Positions 9,137 through 18,651 of a stretch of DNA of 64,000 nt are shown here, one piece after another (the stretch's first letter is position 1; every line of letters starts with the position of its first letter). A program made the translations under genes and the position numbers. The stretch is taken from NCBI GenBank assembly GCA_965228735.1, contig OZ245838.1, positions 3,968,001-4,032,000 on the forward strand, given 5' to 3'. The notes under the pieces were generated by a model. It saw nothing but the letters and a program-made list of their open reading frames with translations. It was not told the origin of the DNA and did no database searches. This stretch comes from Planctomycetota bacterium (GTDB lineage Bacteria > Planctomycetota > UBA1135 > UBA2386).

Positions 9137-10798
9137 CTACTTGCCGCTGTCGGAGCCCTGCTCTTCCGCCGCCTTCGGCTGCACGAGGTCGGCGCGCGTC
9201 GGCTTCAGCTGGTCGAACAGCGCCTTGTCGATCACGTAGTACCAGGGTCCGAACCGCTTGGTCAGCGACTCGGCCTCTTCCTGGCCTTCCTCGACCTTCT
9301 TGTCGTACGCGTCCCAGGCATCGGCCAGGCGGCGCATGTCGTCCTCGAACGTCCACGCGTCGCTGCGGATGTCCGCGCTCTCGACCTCGCCGCCAGCCGC
9401 GCCGTCTTTGCCGTGACTCAGGACGACGAACGCCTCGCCCTCGACCTCGTAGAGGTAGTCGTTGCCCCACGGGTCCTTCGGCAGCTCAGCGAGCGGCGCC
9501 TCGCCCTCGGCGGGCTTCTCGGTCAGCGCCGTGATGGACGGCGGCAGCTTGCCGTCGTTGCGGTTGCGGTAGACGTCGACGGCCGCGACGACCTTCTCGA
9601 TCTGCTCGCGCGCCGCCCGGCGCTTCTCCATGTGCTCCTCGGCGACGCGCGCGCGCTCCGGCTTCTCGAGCAGCGCCTCGTCGAACTCGGCGACGACCAT
9701 GAGGTAGCGGTTGTTCTTGAGCACGGCCTCGCCGTTCTCGCCTTCCTTCTCCGAGCCGCCGATCTTGCCCGACGTGACCGAGTCGTCGTCGCCCGGAACG
9801 AGCTCGCCGAAGCGCAGCGTGTAGCGCACGCCCTTCTTCGTCTCGAAGATCAGGTCGCCCTCGTTGCTGTAGAGCTTGCCGTCGCGGGTCAGGAAGTAGC
9901 CCTTGTCCTGCAGCGTCTGCTGCAGCATCACCTGCTCGAAACCGGTCGCCTTCTCGAGCGCGCCGGTCAGCCCCTCGGGCTTGCTGCGCACGCCGACGAT
10001 CTTGATGCTCGTGAGCGCGTCCGCGATCTCGCGCAGCTTGTCGGCGTTGGGCTCCTCGGTCGCCTCGTCGAGGCCCTCGAGCGTCCACTGGTTCTCGGCG
10101 TTCTTCTGCACGACGAGCTTCTCGCCCGGCACGATGCGACCGGCTTGCTCGTCGATCGAGTAGTTGTCGAACACGACCTTCTGCATGTCGAACGCCTTCG
10201 CCTTGAGCAGATCGGTCTCGATCCAGTCGGCGAACCTCGTCGACAGCTCACCCTCGAGCTTGGTCGAGTAGGTGCGGCGCTTGCCGGGCTCGCGCACGTA
10301 GTAGACGTCGAGCTTGCCGTCGACCTCCTGGCCGACGATCAGGTCGGCGAGCGGGTTGCCCGAGTTGTCGCGCATCACGACGCGCGAGCCGCGGCCCGCC
10401 GAGTCCGAGCTCGGATCGAGCGGATCGACGACGCCGAACTCGACGTGGTCCTCCTTGCGGTCGCTCACGGCGCGCGTCTTGGTCAGCCCGATGAGCATGG
10501 CCGCGGCCTTGCCCATCTGGTCCTTCGCGTCGGCCGGATAGCCGCCGTGCGACGGGATGATCCAGCGGCCGTTCTTGTCGCGGCTCACGGCGAACTTGCG
10601 GGCCGTGGCCTTCTCGGCGTTGAACTCCGTCACCTCGAGCTCGACGGCGGCGTCGCTCGCGGTGAACGCGGGGAAGAACTCCTCGCCCTCGTCCGAGTAG
10701 AGGTCCTGCTGGACCTCACTGGGACCGAGCGACGCGGCAGCGACGGCGAGACCCGCGGCCGCGCCGAGGATGACGACGGTCTTGACGACCTGGCTCAT
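9137..10798 (-). CDS. DUF4340 domain protein with an inserted GspG (T2SSG)-like domain
   Basis: W..PSHGGYPAD, LIVG, YYVR..LSTRFADWI typical of DUF4340; insert contains LPKDPWGNDYLY..LSHGKDG..GG..ADI. Confidence 0.8.
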   Translation of the reverse strand: MSQVVKTVVILGAAAGLAVAAASLGPSEVQQDLYSDEGEEFFPAFTASDAAVELEVTEFNAEKATARKFAVSRDKNGRWIIPSHGGYPADAKDQMGKAAAMLIGLTKTRAVSDRKEDHVEFGVVDPLDPSSDSAGRGSRVVMRDNSGNPLADLIVGQEVDGKLDVYYVREPGKRRTYSTKLEGELSTRFADWIETDLLKAKAFDMQKVVFDNYSIDEQAGRIVPGEKLVVQKNAENQWTLEGLDEATEEPNADKLREIADALTSIKIVGVRSKPEGLTGALEKATGFEQVMLQQTLQDKGYFLTRDGKLYSNEGDLIFETKKGVRYTLRFGELVPGDDDSVTSGKIGGSEKEGENGEAVLKNNRYLMVVAEFDEALLEKPERARVAEEHMEKRRAAREQIEKVVAAVDVYRNRNDGKLPPSITALTEKPAEGEAPLAELPKDPWGNDYLYEVEGEAFVVLSHGKDGAAGGEVESADIRSDAWTFEDDMRRLADAWDAYDKKVEEGQEEAESLTKRFGPWYYVIDKALFDQLKPTRADLVQPKAAEEQGSDSGK

Positions 10799-13482
10799 GA
10801 CTGACTCCCTCCGCCGACCTGGCGGTTTGCGGGGACGATCGCCGCGGCGCGCGAGCTGCGGCGAATCAGAGTGACGATGCCGAGCAGCAGTGCCGGCACG
10901 GGCGCGAGCAGGATCGTCCAGAGGCGGTAGCCGTCGTGGATGCCCTTCTTCGCCTGGTTGCGTTCGTGCTGCGCGATGCTGATCCGGACGCGCTTGTCGT
11001 CCTCGATCTTCTGCTTCTTGGTCTCGAACTTGCGATTCTCGACCTGCTGGACCTCGACGATCTTGAGCTCCTTGCTCTGCGCGTCGAGCGTCTCGTCCTC
11101 GCGAATCGCGGCGACCGCGGCATCGAGCCGCGCCTGCGCGTCATCGAGCTCCTTCTTGGCCTCGGCCTCGGCCTTGTCGCGCTCCTCGATCCACTTCTTC
11201 TCGAACTCGGCCTGCGCTTCCTGCACCGCCGTGAGGCGACGCAGCACCGGCCGGCGCTTGCGCAGGTCGATCAGCGACTCGTCGCCGACGAGGCTGTCGA
11301 TGCAGTTGAGCACGAACGTGACGTTGTCGAACCGCGTATTCACGTCGGGCGAGTTCTTGCGCAGCTGGAAGAACTGGTTGCCGACGACATCCAGGTCCGC
11401 GCAGGCGATGAAGTCGACCTTGCCGCTCGGGTCGCTCTCACCCTCGCTGGCGGCCACCGGGCCGGTGACCCGGACCGCGAGGTCGTAGCGCTGGTTCTGC
11501 GGCCTCGTCCGGCCACCCGGGTTGAGCTGCAGACGGCCGCCGAACGGGCTCCAGACCAGCAGGCCGTCGCGGGCCCCCTGGCTCGACTCGTACTTCGGAA
11601 TCACGCCGTTGACGAGGCCGCGCGCCGTCGGGTCCGCGGACATGACGAGCGGCTCGACCTCGAAGCCGTCCTTGCCGGCTTCATCGAAGTGACTGCCCGC
11701 CATCCAGATCACCGACTGCATGCCGCTCGTGATCACGCTGTCCTGCGCGAGCCCGCCGTTGTCGCTGCTGCACGCGAGGAAGTACTCGGGCAGACCGCCG
11801 CCGAGCAGGCCGACCTGGGTCTTGTCGAACACGATGTCCGTCTTGCGACACGTGAGCCCGAGGCCGCGGAAGAAGGCGTCGACGTTGCCCTTCTGCGGGC
11901 CGCCGCCGCCCATCATGCGCTGCTGCATGCTGCCCTTCTGGTCGTCGGCGGCCGTGCCCGGCGCGCTGATGGGCAGCGGGTCCTCGAACAGCAACGCCCG
12001 GTTGCCGGCCAGGATCCACTCCTGCAGCTTGTCCATCTGCGGCTGTTCGAGCGAGCTCGGCTGCGGCACGACGAGGCAGTCGATGTCGGTCGGATAGTCC
12101 TCGGACGGGTCGACGTTCTGCACCTCGTACTGCTGCTCGAGCTCCGTCGCGATCTCCCACTTGGGCTTCTGCGCGAACGTCTGGAAGTCGAAGCCGCCGA
12201 TCATGTCGACGTCCGTCTTGAGCAGGCCGATCTTCTTGCGGTCCTTGTTGCTCACGACGCGGATGCTGCGCGTGACCTCGTACTCGAGCGGCTGCGTCGG
12301 CTGGATGAACGGCGTGATGACTTCTTCGGTGCCGCTCGCGACGACGAGGCCGAGGAAGATCTGCATCTCCGCGTAGCCGCCGCCCGGCAGCGGCTGGGCG
12401 ACCATCTGCGGCCGGATGCCGTAGTTGGACTCGGCCCGCCGCGCCTCCTCGGAGAACGGCTCGGGGATCACGACGCTCTTGCGGATCGCGTCACCGCCGA
12501 TCGAATCGAACTGGTCGAGCAGGTTGAGCAGCAGGCGGCGCTGCTCGATGAAGTTCTCGGGCACGTCCTCGCTGACGTAGGCCGTGACGAACACCGGCGT
12601 GCTCGGATCGAGCGAGGCGATCAGTTCGCGGCTCTCGTCACCGAGCGAATGGATGCCCTCGACCGTCGCGTCGATGCGCGGCAGGTAGTAGACGCCGATG
12701 ACGGTGAGGGACAGCGTGGCAACCGCGAGGCCCGCTGCCTGCGTAACGCCGTGCGCGCCCTCGACGCCGCCGCGCCATCGCTGGCGGCCGAGCAGAGCGA
12801 GATTGAGCCAGAGGAAGGCGAACGTCAGGCCGAGGAACAGCACGACGCCCGAGAAGGGGATCATGCCGCGCGCGAACTCGTTGAACTGCCCGATCGTGCC
12901 GTTGACCTGCCAACTCGTGAAACCGACCCAGCCGAGGACCTCGCCGAGGTAGATGACGAGGGCGCAGGCGATGACCGACAGGATGAACGCGACGGTCTGG
13001 TTCTGCGTCAGCTGCGAGCCGAGCATCGAGACCGCTACGAGCATCACACCGAGCAGCCAATAGCCGACGTAGTTGCTGAACAGCTGTCCGAAGTCCGGGT
13101 TGCCGAGCAACATCAGCGTGAACGGCAGTGCCAGCGTGAACAGCAGGGACAGCGAGTAGACCGCGACGTAGGCCAGGTACTTGCCGACCAGGAGGTCGAC
13201 GTCACGCGCCGGCAGCGTGAACAGCAATTCTTGCGTGCCGTTGCTGCGCTCGTTGGTCCACATGCCCATCGTCGCGGCGGCGACGAAGACGGCAGCGATC
13301 TCGGGGAACCAATGGCTCCAGGTCTCGAGGTTGGCGAGGTTGTTCTGGAAGAACCCCTGTGACCACATCATGACGCCCGCCGACACCGCGACGAACAGCA
13401 TGATGAAGACGTAGCCGGTCGGGTTGCCGAACCAGCTCTTGAGGTCGCGCTTGGCGACCGCGAAGACGACGTTGGTGTTCAT
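10795..13482 (-). CDS. ABC transporter permease fused to a GldG-like auxiliary domain
   Basis: KRDLKSWFGNPTGY, ERSNGTQELLFTLP, GKYLA permease motifs followed by a large extracytoplasmic domain with LEYEVTRSI. Confidence 0.9.
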   Translation of the reverse strand: MNTNVVFAVAKRDLKSWFGNPTGYVFIMLFVAVSAGVMMWSQGFFQNNLANLETWSHWFPEIAAVFVAAATMGMWTNERSNGTQELLFTLPARDVDLLVGKYLAYVAVYSLSLLFTLALPFTLMLLGNPDFGQLFSNYVGYWLLGVMLVAVSMLGSQLTQNQTVAFILSVIACALVIYLGEVLGWVGFTSWQVNGTIGQFNEFARGMIPFSGVVLFLGLTFAFLWLNLALLGRQRWRGGVEGAHGVTQAAGLAVATLSLTVIGVYYLPRIDATVEGIHSLGDESRELIASLDPSTPVFVTAYVSEDVPENFIEQRRLLLNLLDQFDSIGGDAIRKSVVIPEPFSEEARRAESNYGIRPQMVAQPLPGGGYAEMQIFLGLVVASGTEEVITPFIQPTQPLEYEVTRSIRVVSNKDRKKIGLLKTDVDMIGGFDFQTFAQKPKWEIATELEQQYEVQNVDPSEDYPTDIDCLVVPQPSSLEQPQMDKLQEWILAGNRALLFEDPLPISAPGTAADDQKGSMQQRMMGGGGPQKGNVDAFFRGLGLTCRKTDIVFDKTQVGLLGGGLPEYFLACSSDNGGLAQDSVITSGMQSVIWMAGSHFDEAGKDGFEVEPLVMSADPTARGLVNGVIPKYESSQGARDGLLVWSPFGGRLQLNPGGRTRPQNQRYDLAVRVTGPVAASEGESDPSGKVDFIACADLDVVGNQFFQLRKNSPDVNTRFDNVTFVLNCIDSLVGDESLIDLRKRRPVLRRLTAVQEAQAEFEKKWIEERDKAEAEAKKELDDAQARLDAAVAAIREDETLDAQSKELKIVEVQQVENRKFETKKQKIEDDKRVRISIAQHERNQAKKGIHDGYRLWTILLAPVPALLLGIVTLIRRSSRAAAIVPANRQVGGGSQS

Positions 13483-13495
13483 GTTCTCGCGTCTC

Positions 13496-14233
13496 CTAGT
13501 TGGTGGCCGCGCCGGTCAGGTTGTGGAACGCCTGGTCCATCGCGCCGCTGCCGCGCTGCTTGAACTCGGCGGGCGTGCCGTCGAACGCGAGCTTGCCTGC
13601 GTCCACGAGCAGCACGCGCCCGGCCATCGCCTCGACCTCCTGGAACAGGTGCGTCGACAGCAGGATCGTGCGCGTCTCGCCGAGCTTCTTGACGAGCTCG
13701 CGCACGTGGCGGATCTGGTTGGGATCGAGCCCGGTCGTCGGCTCGTCGAGGATCAGCACCTCGGGATCGTGGAACAGCGCCTGCGCCATGCCCGTGCGCT
13801 GCTTCTGGCCCTTGCTGCACTTGCCGATCGGCTTGTCGAGCAGGTCCTGCAGCGCGCACTCCTCGGTGACGAACTCGAGGCGCTCCTTGATACGCGCGGT
13901 GTTCATGCCGCGCGCTTCACCGAAGAACGACAGCAGCTCGCGCGGCGTCATCTCGGGATACAGCGGCCCGTTCTCGGGCAGGTAGCCGAGCTTCTCGACG
14001 GCCCGCACGCGATCCTGCGTGATGTCGACGCCGCACAACCTGCCGGTGCCGGACGTCGGCGCGAGGTACCCAGTCAGCACCTTCATCGTCGTCGACTTGC
14101 CGGCGCCGTTCGGGCCGAGGAACGCGACGACTTCACCGCGCGTGATGGTGAAACTCAGATGATCGATGGCAGCGAACGACCCGTAGTACTTGCACAGGTC
14201 GACCGCTTCGATCATGGGCTCTCGTTCGCTCAT
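13496..14233 (-). CDS. ABC transporter ATP-binding protein (GldA-like)
   Basis: Walker A GPNGAGKST, signature SKGQKQR, Walker B LILDEPT. Confidence 0.95.
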   Translation of the reverse strand: MSEREPMIEAVDLCKYYGSFAAIDHLSFTITRGEVVAFLGPNGAGKSTTMKVLTGYLAPTSGTGRLCGVDITQDRVRAVEKLGYLPENGPLYPEMTPRELLSFFGEARGMNTARIKERLEFVTEECALQDLLDKPIGKCSKGQKQRTGMAQALFHDPEVLILDEPTTGLDPNQIRHVRELVKKLGETRTILLSTHLFQEVEAMAGRVLLVDAGKLAFDGTPAEFKQRGSGAMDQAFHNLTGAATN

Positions 14234-14480
14234 GACAGTTCTGCGGAGTCTTGGAATGGGGTGGAACGGGGGAACGTTCCCAGGACGAGTCCGGGCGCGT
14301 CGCCGCACCCGAAATCGGGGCGAAAACCCTTACCGGTGCGGCGTTTGACACGCAACCGCAACCAGGGTCCCGACCCCGGATTCGCGCCGACGCCGAACGC
14401 GGCGCAAAACTCCGAAAACCCGCGGGGGCCCTACGCCCAGCCGGCCGGCGGATCAGCCCGAACGACCAGCAGACCCGAGT

Positions 14481-15122
14481 TCACCAACAGCCCCAATAGC
14501 CGTAGCCGGCACCCCAACCGATGCCCCAGCCCCAACCCCACGGGCCGCCGTAGAACCGCCGCACGGGCCCACCGTACGCGACGGTCGGCGTCCAGGTCGA
14601 GAACGGCGTCACCTGCGTGACGATCGGCTCGTCGTCGGCGACGACCGTGTAGCGCACGGCGAAGTCGGACACCTCGCGCGTGGAGCGGGCTTCGGGTGCA
14701 TGGAACCAGGTGTCGACGCGGGCCGTCTGCCCGGGCCCGGCGCGGGTCGAGCCATCGACGCGCACGAGCGCGAGTTCCGGGCCCTCGGCGCGGATACCGC
14801 CGAGTTCAACCGGCCGGTCGCCCGTGTTCTCCACCTCGAAGCCGACGTGGACCTCGACGCGGCGGTCGAACTCCTCGCCGTTCTCGCCCTGGATGATCCG
14901 GTCCTCGCCGCGGCCGCCGTCGGACCAGAGCCGCACCTCGCCCGCGATCACCTGCTCGCCGGCCGATTCCGCGAACGGATAGATCGCGGCGGGAAATCCC
15001 GACGGCCCCGTGCCGTTCTCGTTCTCGCGCGGCGCGAAGTAGCGTTGATCCACGCAGCCCGGGGCGAGCCCGGCGACCCCGGCGAGGAACACGAATCCGA
15101 GCGCAGAACGCCGCATACTCAT
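14481..15122 (-). CDS. Hypothetical lipoprotein with a Gly/Trp/Tyr-rich tail
   Basis: MRRSALGFVFLAGVAGLAPGC lipobox-like; C-terminus GPWGWGWGIGWGAGYGYWGCW. Confidence 0.75.
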   Translation of the reverse strand: MSMRRSALGFVFLAGVAGLAPGCVDQRYFAPRENENGTGPSGFPAAIYPFAESAGEQVIAGEVRLWSDGGRGEDRIIQGENGEEFDRRVEVHVGFEVENTGDRPVELGGIRAEGPELALVRVDGSTRAGPGQTARVDTWFHAPEARSTREVSDFAVRYTVVADDEPIVTQVTPFSTWTPTVAYGGPVRRFYGGPWGWGWGIGWGAGYGYWGCW

Positions 15123-15182
15123 GCTTTTCGGGCCCTGGCGCGATCCCGACAAGTCCCGATACGCGATAACCGTCTCCCCCCG

Positions 15183-15587
15183 ATGCCACAGCCCGTTCCC
15201 GAGCGGTCGCCGCGAACCGACCCGCTGCTCCTGCGCCTGGCGGCCGCATTCGGCGGCCTCGCCGTCGCCATCGGCGCCTTCGCCGCCCACGTCCTGCGCG
15301 ACCGGCTGGCGGACCAGGCCCTCGCGACCCTCGAGACCGGCGTTCGTTATCAGATGTACCACGCGCTGGCGCTCGGCCTCTGCGCCGTCCTGGCCGGCTC
15401 AGCACCCCGGGCGCGCGTCGCCGGCTACTGCTTCACGGCCGGGATCCTGCTGTTCAGCGGCTCGCTCTACGGCCTGGCCATACTCGAAGCCCGCTGGCTC
15501 GGGCCCGTGACCCCGGTCGGCGGAGTTGCCTTCCTGGCAGGATGGGTGCTGCTGGGACTGGCGCGCCCGCGCTCCCCGGCGCCCTGA
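15183..15587 (+). CDS. DUF423 (YgdD/TMEM256) membrane protein
   Basis: GAFAAH, RYQMYHALAL, LFSGSLY, GPVTPVGG..GW. Confidence 0.92.
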   Translation: MPQPVPERSPRTDPLLLRLAAAFGGLAVAIGAFAAHVLRDRLADQALATLETGVRYQMYHALALGLCAVLAGSAPRARVAGYCFTAGILLFSGSLYGLAILEARWLGPVTPVGGVAFLAGWVLLGLARPRSPAP

Positions 15588-15690
15588 ATCGACCCGCAGC
15601 CGCGCTCCCGTGCTGCTGTGCCGTATTCCGGCAGATGCCCAGTGCAGCAGCAGCCTTGCCACAGTACGTTGCCCGCGGAGGTTCCCCGCG

Positions 15691-17973
15691 ATGGCTCGCA
15701 CGCCGCCCAGGTCGCTGGAACGAACGGTCTCTCGCCCACCGATCGTCGGGATCGGTGCCAGCGCGGGCGGACTGACCGCGATCAAGCTCATTTTCGAACG
15801 GCTCCCCGTCGACACGGGAGCCGCGTTCGTCGTGGTCCAGCATCTCTCGCTGGACTTCAAGAGCGTGATGGACGAGATCCTCGCGAGGCATACGCGCATG
15901 CGGATCGTCCGCGTCGAGGGCCGGGTTACGATCGAACCCAACTGCGTCTACCTGCTGCAACCCGGCGACGAGATCGCCGTGGACGGCAACGACCTCCGCG
16001 CCGAGCGGTTCGAGAACAAGAACCGCGTGCCGTTCCCCGTCGACACGCTGTTCGAGTCGATGGCCCTGACCACCGGTCCGACCCCGATCGCCGTGGTTCT
16101 GTCGGGCACCGGCTCCGATGGTGCGCGCGGGGTTGCCCTCGTCAAGGCGGCGGGCGGCGTCGTCATCGTGCAGGACCCCGATGGCGCCGAGTTCGACGGC
16201 ATGCCGAGTTCGGCGATCGCGACCGGGTGCGTCGACCACCGGCTCGACCCGCCGGCGATCGCGGATCTCATCGCGAGCCTGCTCACGGGCGGAAACGGCG
16301 AGGTGCATCGCCTCGCCTGCGCCCGCGCCCGCGTCCCGATGCTGATCGTGCGTAGAAACGGCGACGTCCAGTGGATCAACGCCGCGGCCGCAAACCTCTT
16401 TCGCAGCAGCGCCCCGCCGCGGAACGTACTCGAGCTGTTCGCGACCGAGGAGATGCGCTCGAGCTGGCGGACGCAGTCGCGCGCCGTCAGCAGCGGCACG
16501 ACTGCGGACGCGGCGATGGAAGGCGAGATCGAACTGGGCCCCGACACCCGCAGGCACTGCCGCCTCGATCTCGCCGGAATGGCGCTGGCCGGCAGCCCAC
16601 CCGAGCTGCTCGCCTGCCAGCTCATCGATCTCTCGGAGCAGGCTTCCCGCACCGCGGCACTGACCGCCATCGCCGAGGAACTCGAGTCCGAAGCGACCAC
16701 GGACTCGCTCACCGGTCTGCTCAATCGTCGTGGTGCCGACACCGCGATCCAACGCATCACGACCCACGATGGCCGTCGTGGCGAGCGGACGATGGCGGTC
16801 CTCATCGACTGCGACAACTTCAAGTCGATCAACGACGAGTTCGGCTACGACTGCGGCGACGCGACGCTCAAGACCATCGCCCGCCGGATGCGAGAGACCT
16901 TGCGGCCGGACGACGTCTGTGCCCGCGTTGGCGGCGACGAGTTCCTCGCCGTCCTGTCGGGCACCCGCCTCGCCGAGGCCACCCATGTCGGCGATCGGCT
17001 GCGACGAGCGATCGCGAAGACCCCGATTCACTGGCACGAGCAGCCGGTGCGGGCCACGGTCAGCATCGGAGTCGTGCCACTCGAGGCCGGGCAAACGAGT
17101 GTCGAGCGGATCCTGAGCGCCGCCGGAGCCACACTGAAACGGAGCAAGACACTCGGTCGCAACCGGGTTTCCAGCTCGCCATCGGACGGGCACGACAGCA
17201 GCGGCTTGCCTTCACTCCAACGCCACCTCGACGATCTGCTTCACGAACAGCGCGTCCGAGTCGTCCGACAGACGCTGAACGACCCGAAGTCTGGCAAGGT
17301 GGTCGCTTGCGAGTACCTGTCACGCGGTCCCGAGCCGTGGACCCAGCCCGCGCGGCTGTTCGATCTCTTTCGCCGTCATGGCCGGATCGAGACGATCGAT
17401 CTGCATTGCCTGCGCGCCTGTCTGTCCGCTTGGCGCGACGAGCTCGAGAGCGACGCTCCCCACGGCCACGGCCAAGCCGAAAGCGTTCGCAATGCCGCCC
17501 GAGTTCCGGCGCGATGCCACATCAACCTGTTGCCGACCTCTCTGACGGGTGACACGTGGCCGGCCATTCTCCACACCCTGGCGACCGCCACGGCCCCGGA
17601 GCGGATCACGCTCGATCTGAGTGAGCAGCAGATCATCGGCCCGGCCCAGAATCTGCGCAGCAAGGTCGACCAGATCCGCGAGCTCGGGATCCGCATCGCC
17701 ATCGACGACATCAGCTACGGGCGTTCGGCGCTCGAGACGCTGCTCGCCCTCGACCCGGACGTGGTGAAGATCGACTGCGGGATGATCCAGGGCATCGACA
17801 ACGACACCGGCAGGCGCCGAGCGCTCACCCGACTGGTGCAACTGGCCAGGACCGTGACCGAGGACCTGATCGCCGAAGGGGTCGAGACGGAGTCGCAACG
17901 CGAACAAATCTGCGAGCTCGACGTCCCCGTTGCCCAGGGGTTCCTCTGGAGCGATCCCGATCGCCTCGACTGA
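15691..17973 (+). CDS. CheB methylesterase - PAS-like - GGDEF - EAL protein
   Basis: GIGASAGG/VVQHL/SGTGSDG CheB triad; TDSLTGLLNRR and RVGGDEF; EAL-like EYL..IAIDD..KID..AEGVE..QGF; GGAGG RBS. Confidence 0.88.
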   Translation: MARTPPRSLERTVSRPPIVGIGASAGGLTAIKLIFERLPVDTGAAFVVVQHLSLDFKSVMDEILARHTRMRIVRVEGRVTIEPNCVYLLQPGDEIAVDGNDLRAERFENKNRVPFPVDTLFESMALTTGPTPIAVVLSGTGSDGARGVALVKAAGGVVIVQDPDGAEFDGMPSSAIATGCVDHRLDPPAIADLIASLLTGGNGEVHRLACARARVPMLIVRRNGDVQWINAAAANLFRSSAPPRNVLELFATEEMRSSWRTQSRAVSSGTTADAAMEGEIELGPDTRRHCRLDLAGMALAGSPPELLACQLIDLSEQASRTAALTAIAEELESEATTDSLTGLLNRRGADTAIQRITTHDGRRGERTMAVLIDCDNFKSINDEFGYDCGDATLKTIARRMRETLRPDDVCARVGGDEFLAVLSGTRLAEATHVGDRLRRAIAKTPIHWHEQPVRATVSIGVVPLEAGQTSVERILSAAGATLKRSKTLGRNRVSSSPSDGHDSSGLPSLQRHLDDLLHEQRVRVVRQTLNDPKSGKVVACEYLSRGPEPWTQPARLFDLFRRHGRIETIDLHCLRACLSAWRDELESDAPHGHGQAESVRNAARVPARCHINLLPTSLTGDTWPAILHTLATATAPERITLDLSEQQIIGPAQNLRSKVDQIRELGIRIAIDDISYGRSALETLLALDPDVVKIDCGMIQGIDNDTGRRRALTRLVQLARTVTEDLIAEGVETESQREQICELDVPVAQGFLWSDPDRLD

Positions 17974-18000
17974 CAGACCGGCGGGTTCGAAGGGACGGGA

Positions 18001-18651
18001 TCAGAACGCCCCGAACGGGTCGCGCGACGCACCGATCAGTGGCCACGGCCCGACCGCACGACCGCCCGACCGCGCGAGAACCGCGACGACGGCGCGCAAT
18101 CCGGCCGGCAGCCCTGGCGCCGATTCGTCGAGCACGTCGACGCTCGCAACTACGGCGTGTTCGATCTCCCCTGCCGCGAACATGCGCTGCGCCTCGCGCA
18201 GAGCCGCACCGCGCCTCGCGTCGTCGACCGACAGGCTCGACGTGAGGCCGCGCAGCCCGAAGCGCAGGGCCATCTCGCCCAGGCTCGTCGTCGGCAGCGT
18301 GTAGGGGAAGATCGTCGCTTCGACGACGTCGTCCGCGAGTGACCGGGTGTATCGCCGATCGATCTCGAGGCAGCCGACATGGGTCTCGGCGAGCACGGCA
18401 GCGGCGTGCCGCGCGGACTCGCCGAGCACGTCCTCGATCCCGGCTGCCATGGCCGCGAGAACGAGCGAACGCGAGATGCGATCGAGCCGGCGGTAGGTCG
18501 AATCCGTCCGATCGAAGAGCCGACGCGGTGTCCGCCCGTCACCCGGCGCAGCGACCCCGAGCTCTTGCCACGTGCGATCGAGTCCGCCGCTCCCCCGGAT
18601 GCGTTCCGCGTCGACCACCCCGACCGCCAGCACTGTCGGCGATTCGCTCAT
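18001..18651 (-). CDS. Ketosynthase N-terminal-like / chain-length-factor-like protein
   Basis: YRRLDRISR, FPYTLPTT..GE.A.RFGLRG; no catalytic Cys-His-His; overlaps the KS stop codon. Confidence 0.75.
   Translation of the reverse strand: MSESPTVLAVGVVDAERIRGSGGLDRTWQELGVAAPGDGRTPRRLFDRTDSTYRRLDRISRSLVLAAMAAGIEDVLGESARHAAAVLAETHVGCLEIDRRYTRSLADDVVEATIFPYTLPTTSLGEMALRFGLRGLTSSLSVDDARRGAALREAQRMFAAGEIEHAVVASVDVLDESAPGLPAGLRAVVAVLARSGGRAVGPWPLIGASRDPFGAF

Noticed and set aside
9026..13362. Very long antisense ORFs (e.g. 592 aa and 808 aa; also 45262..47901 and 48739..51096)
   Set aside because: Expected stop-poor shadows of high-GC genes, with no recognisable motifs
9137..14233. Gliding-motility assignment for the GldA/F/G-like genes
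   Set aside because: This ABC family is widespread in non-gliding bacteria; no other gliding genes are present
14234..14480. Possible riboswitch upstream of the ABC operon (9-bp inverted repeat 14301-14309/14335-14343)
   Set aside because: No recognisable riboswitch consensus on the transcribed strand; short GC stems are expected by chance. An Rfam scan would settle it
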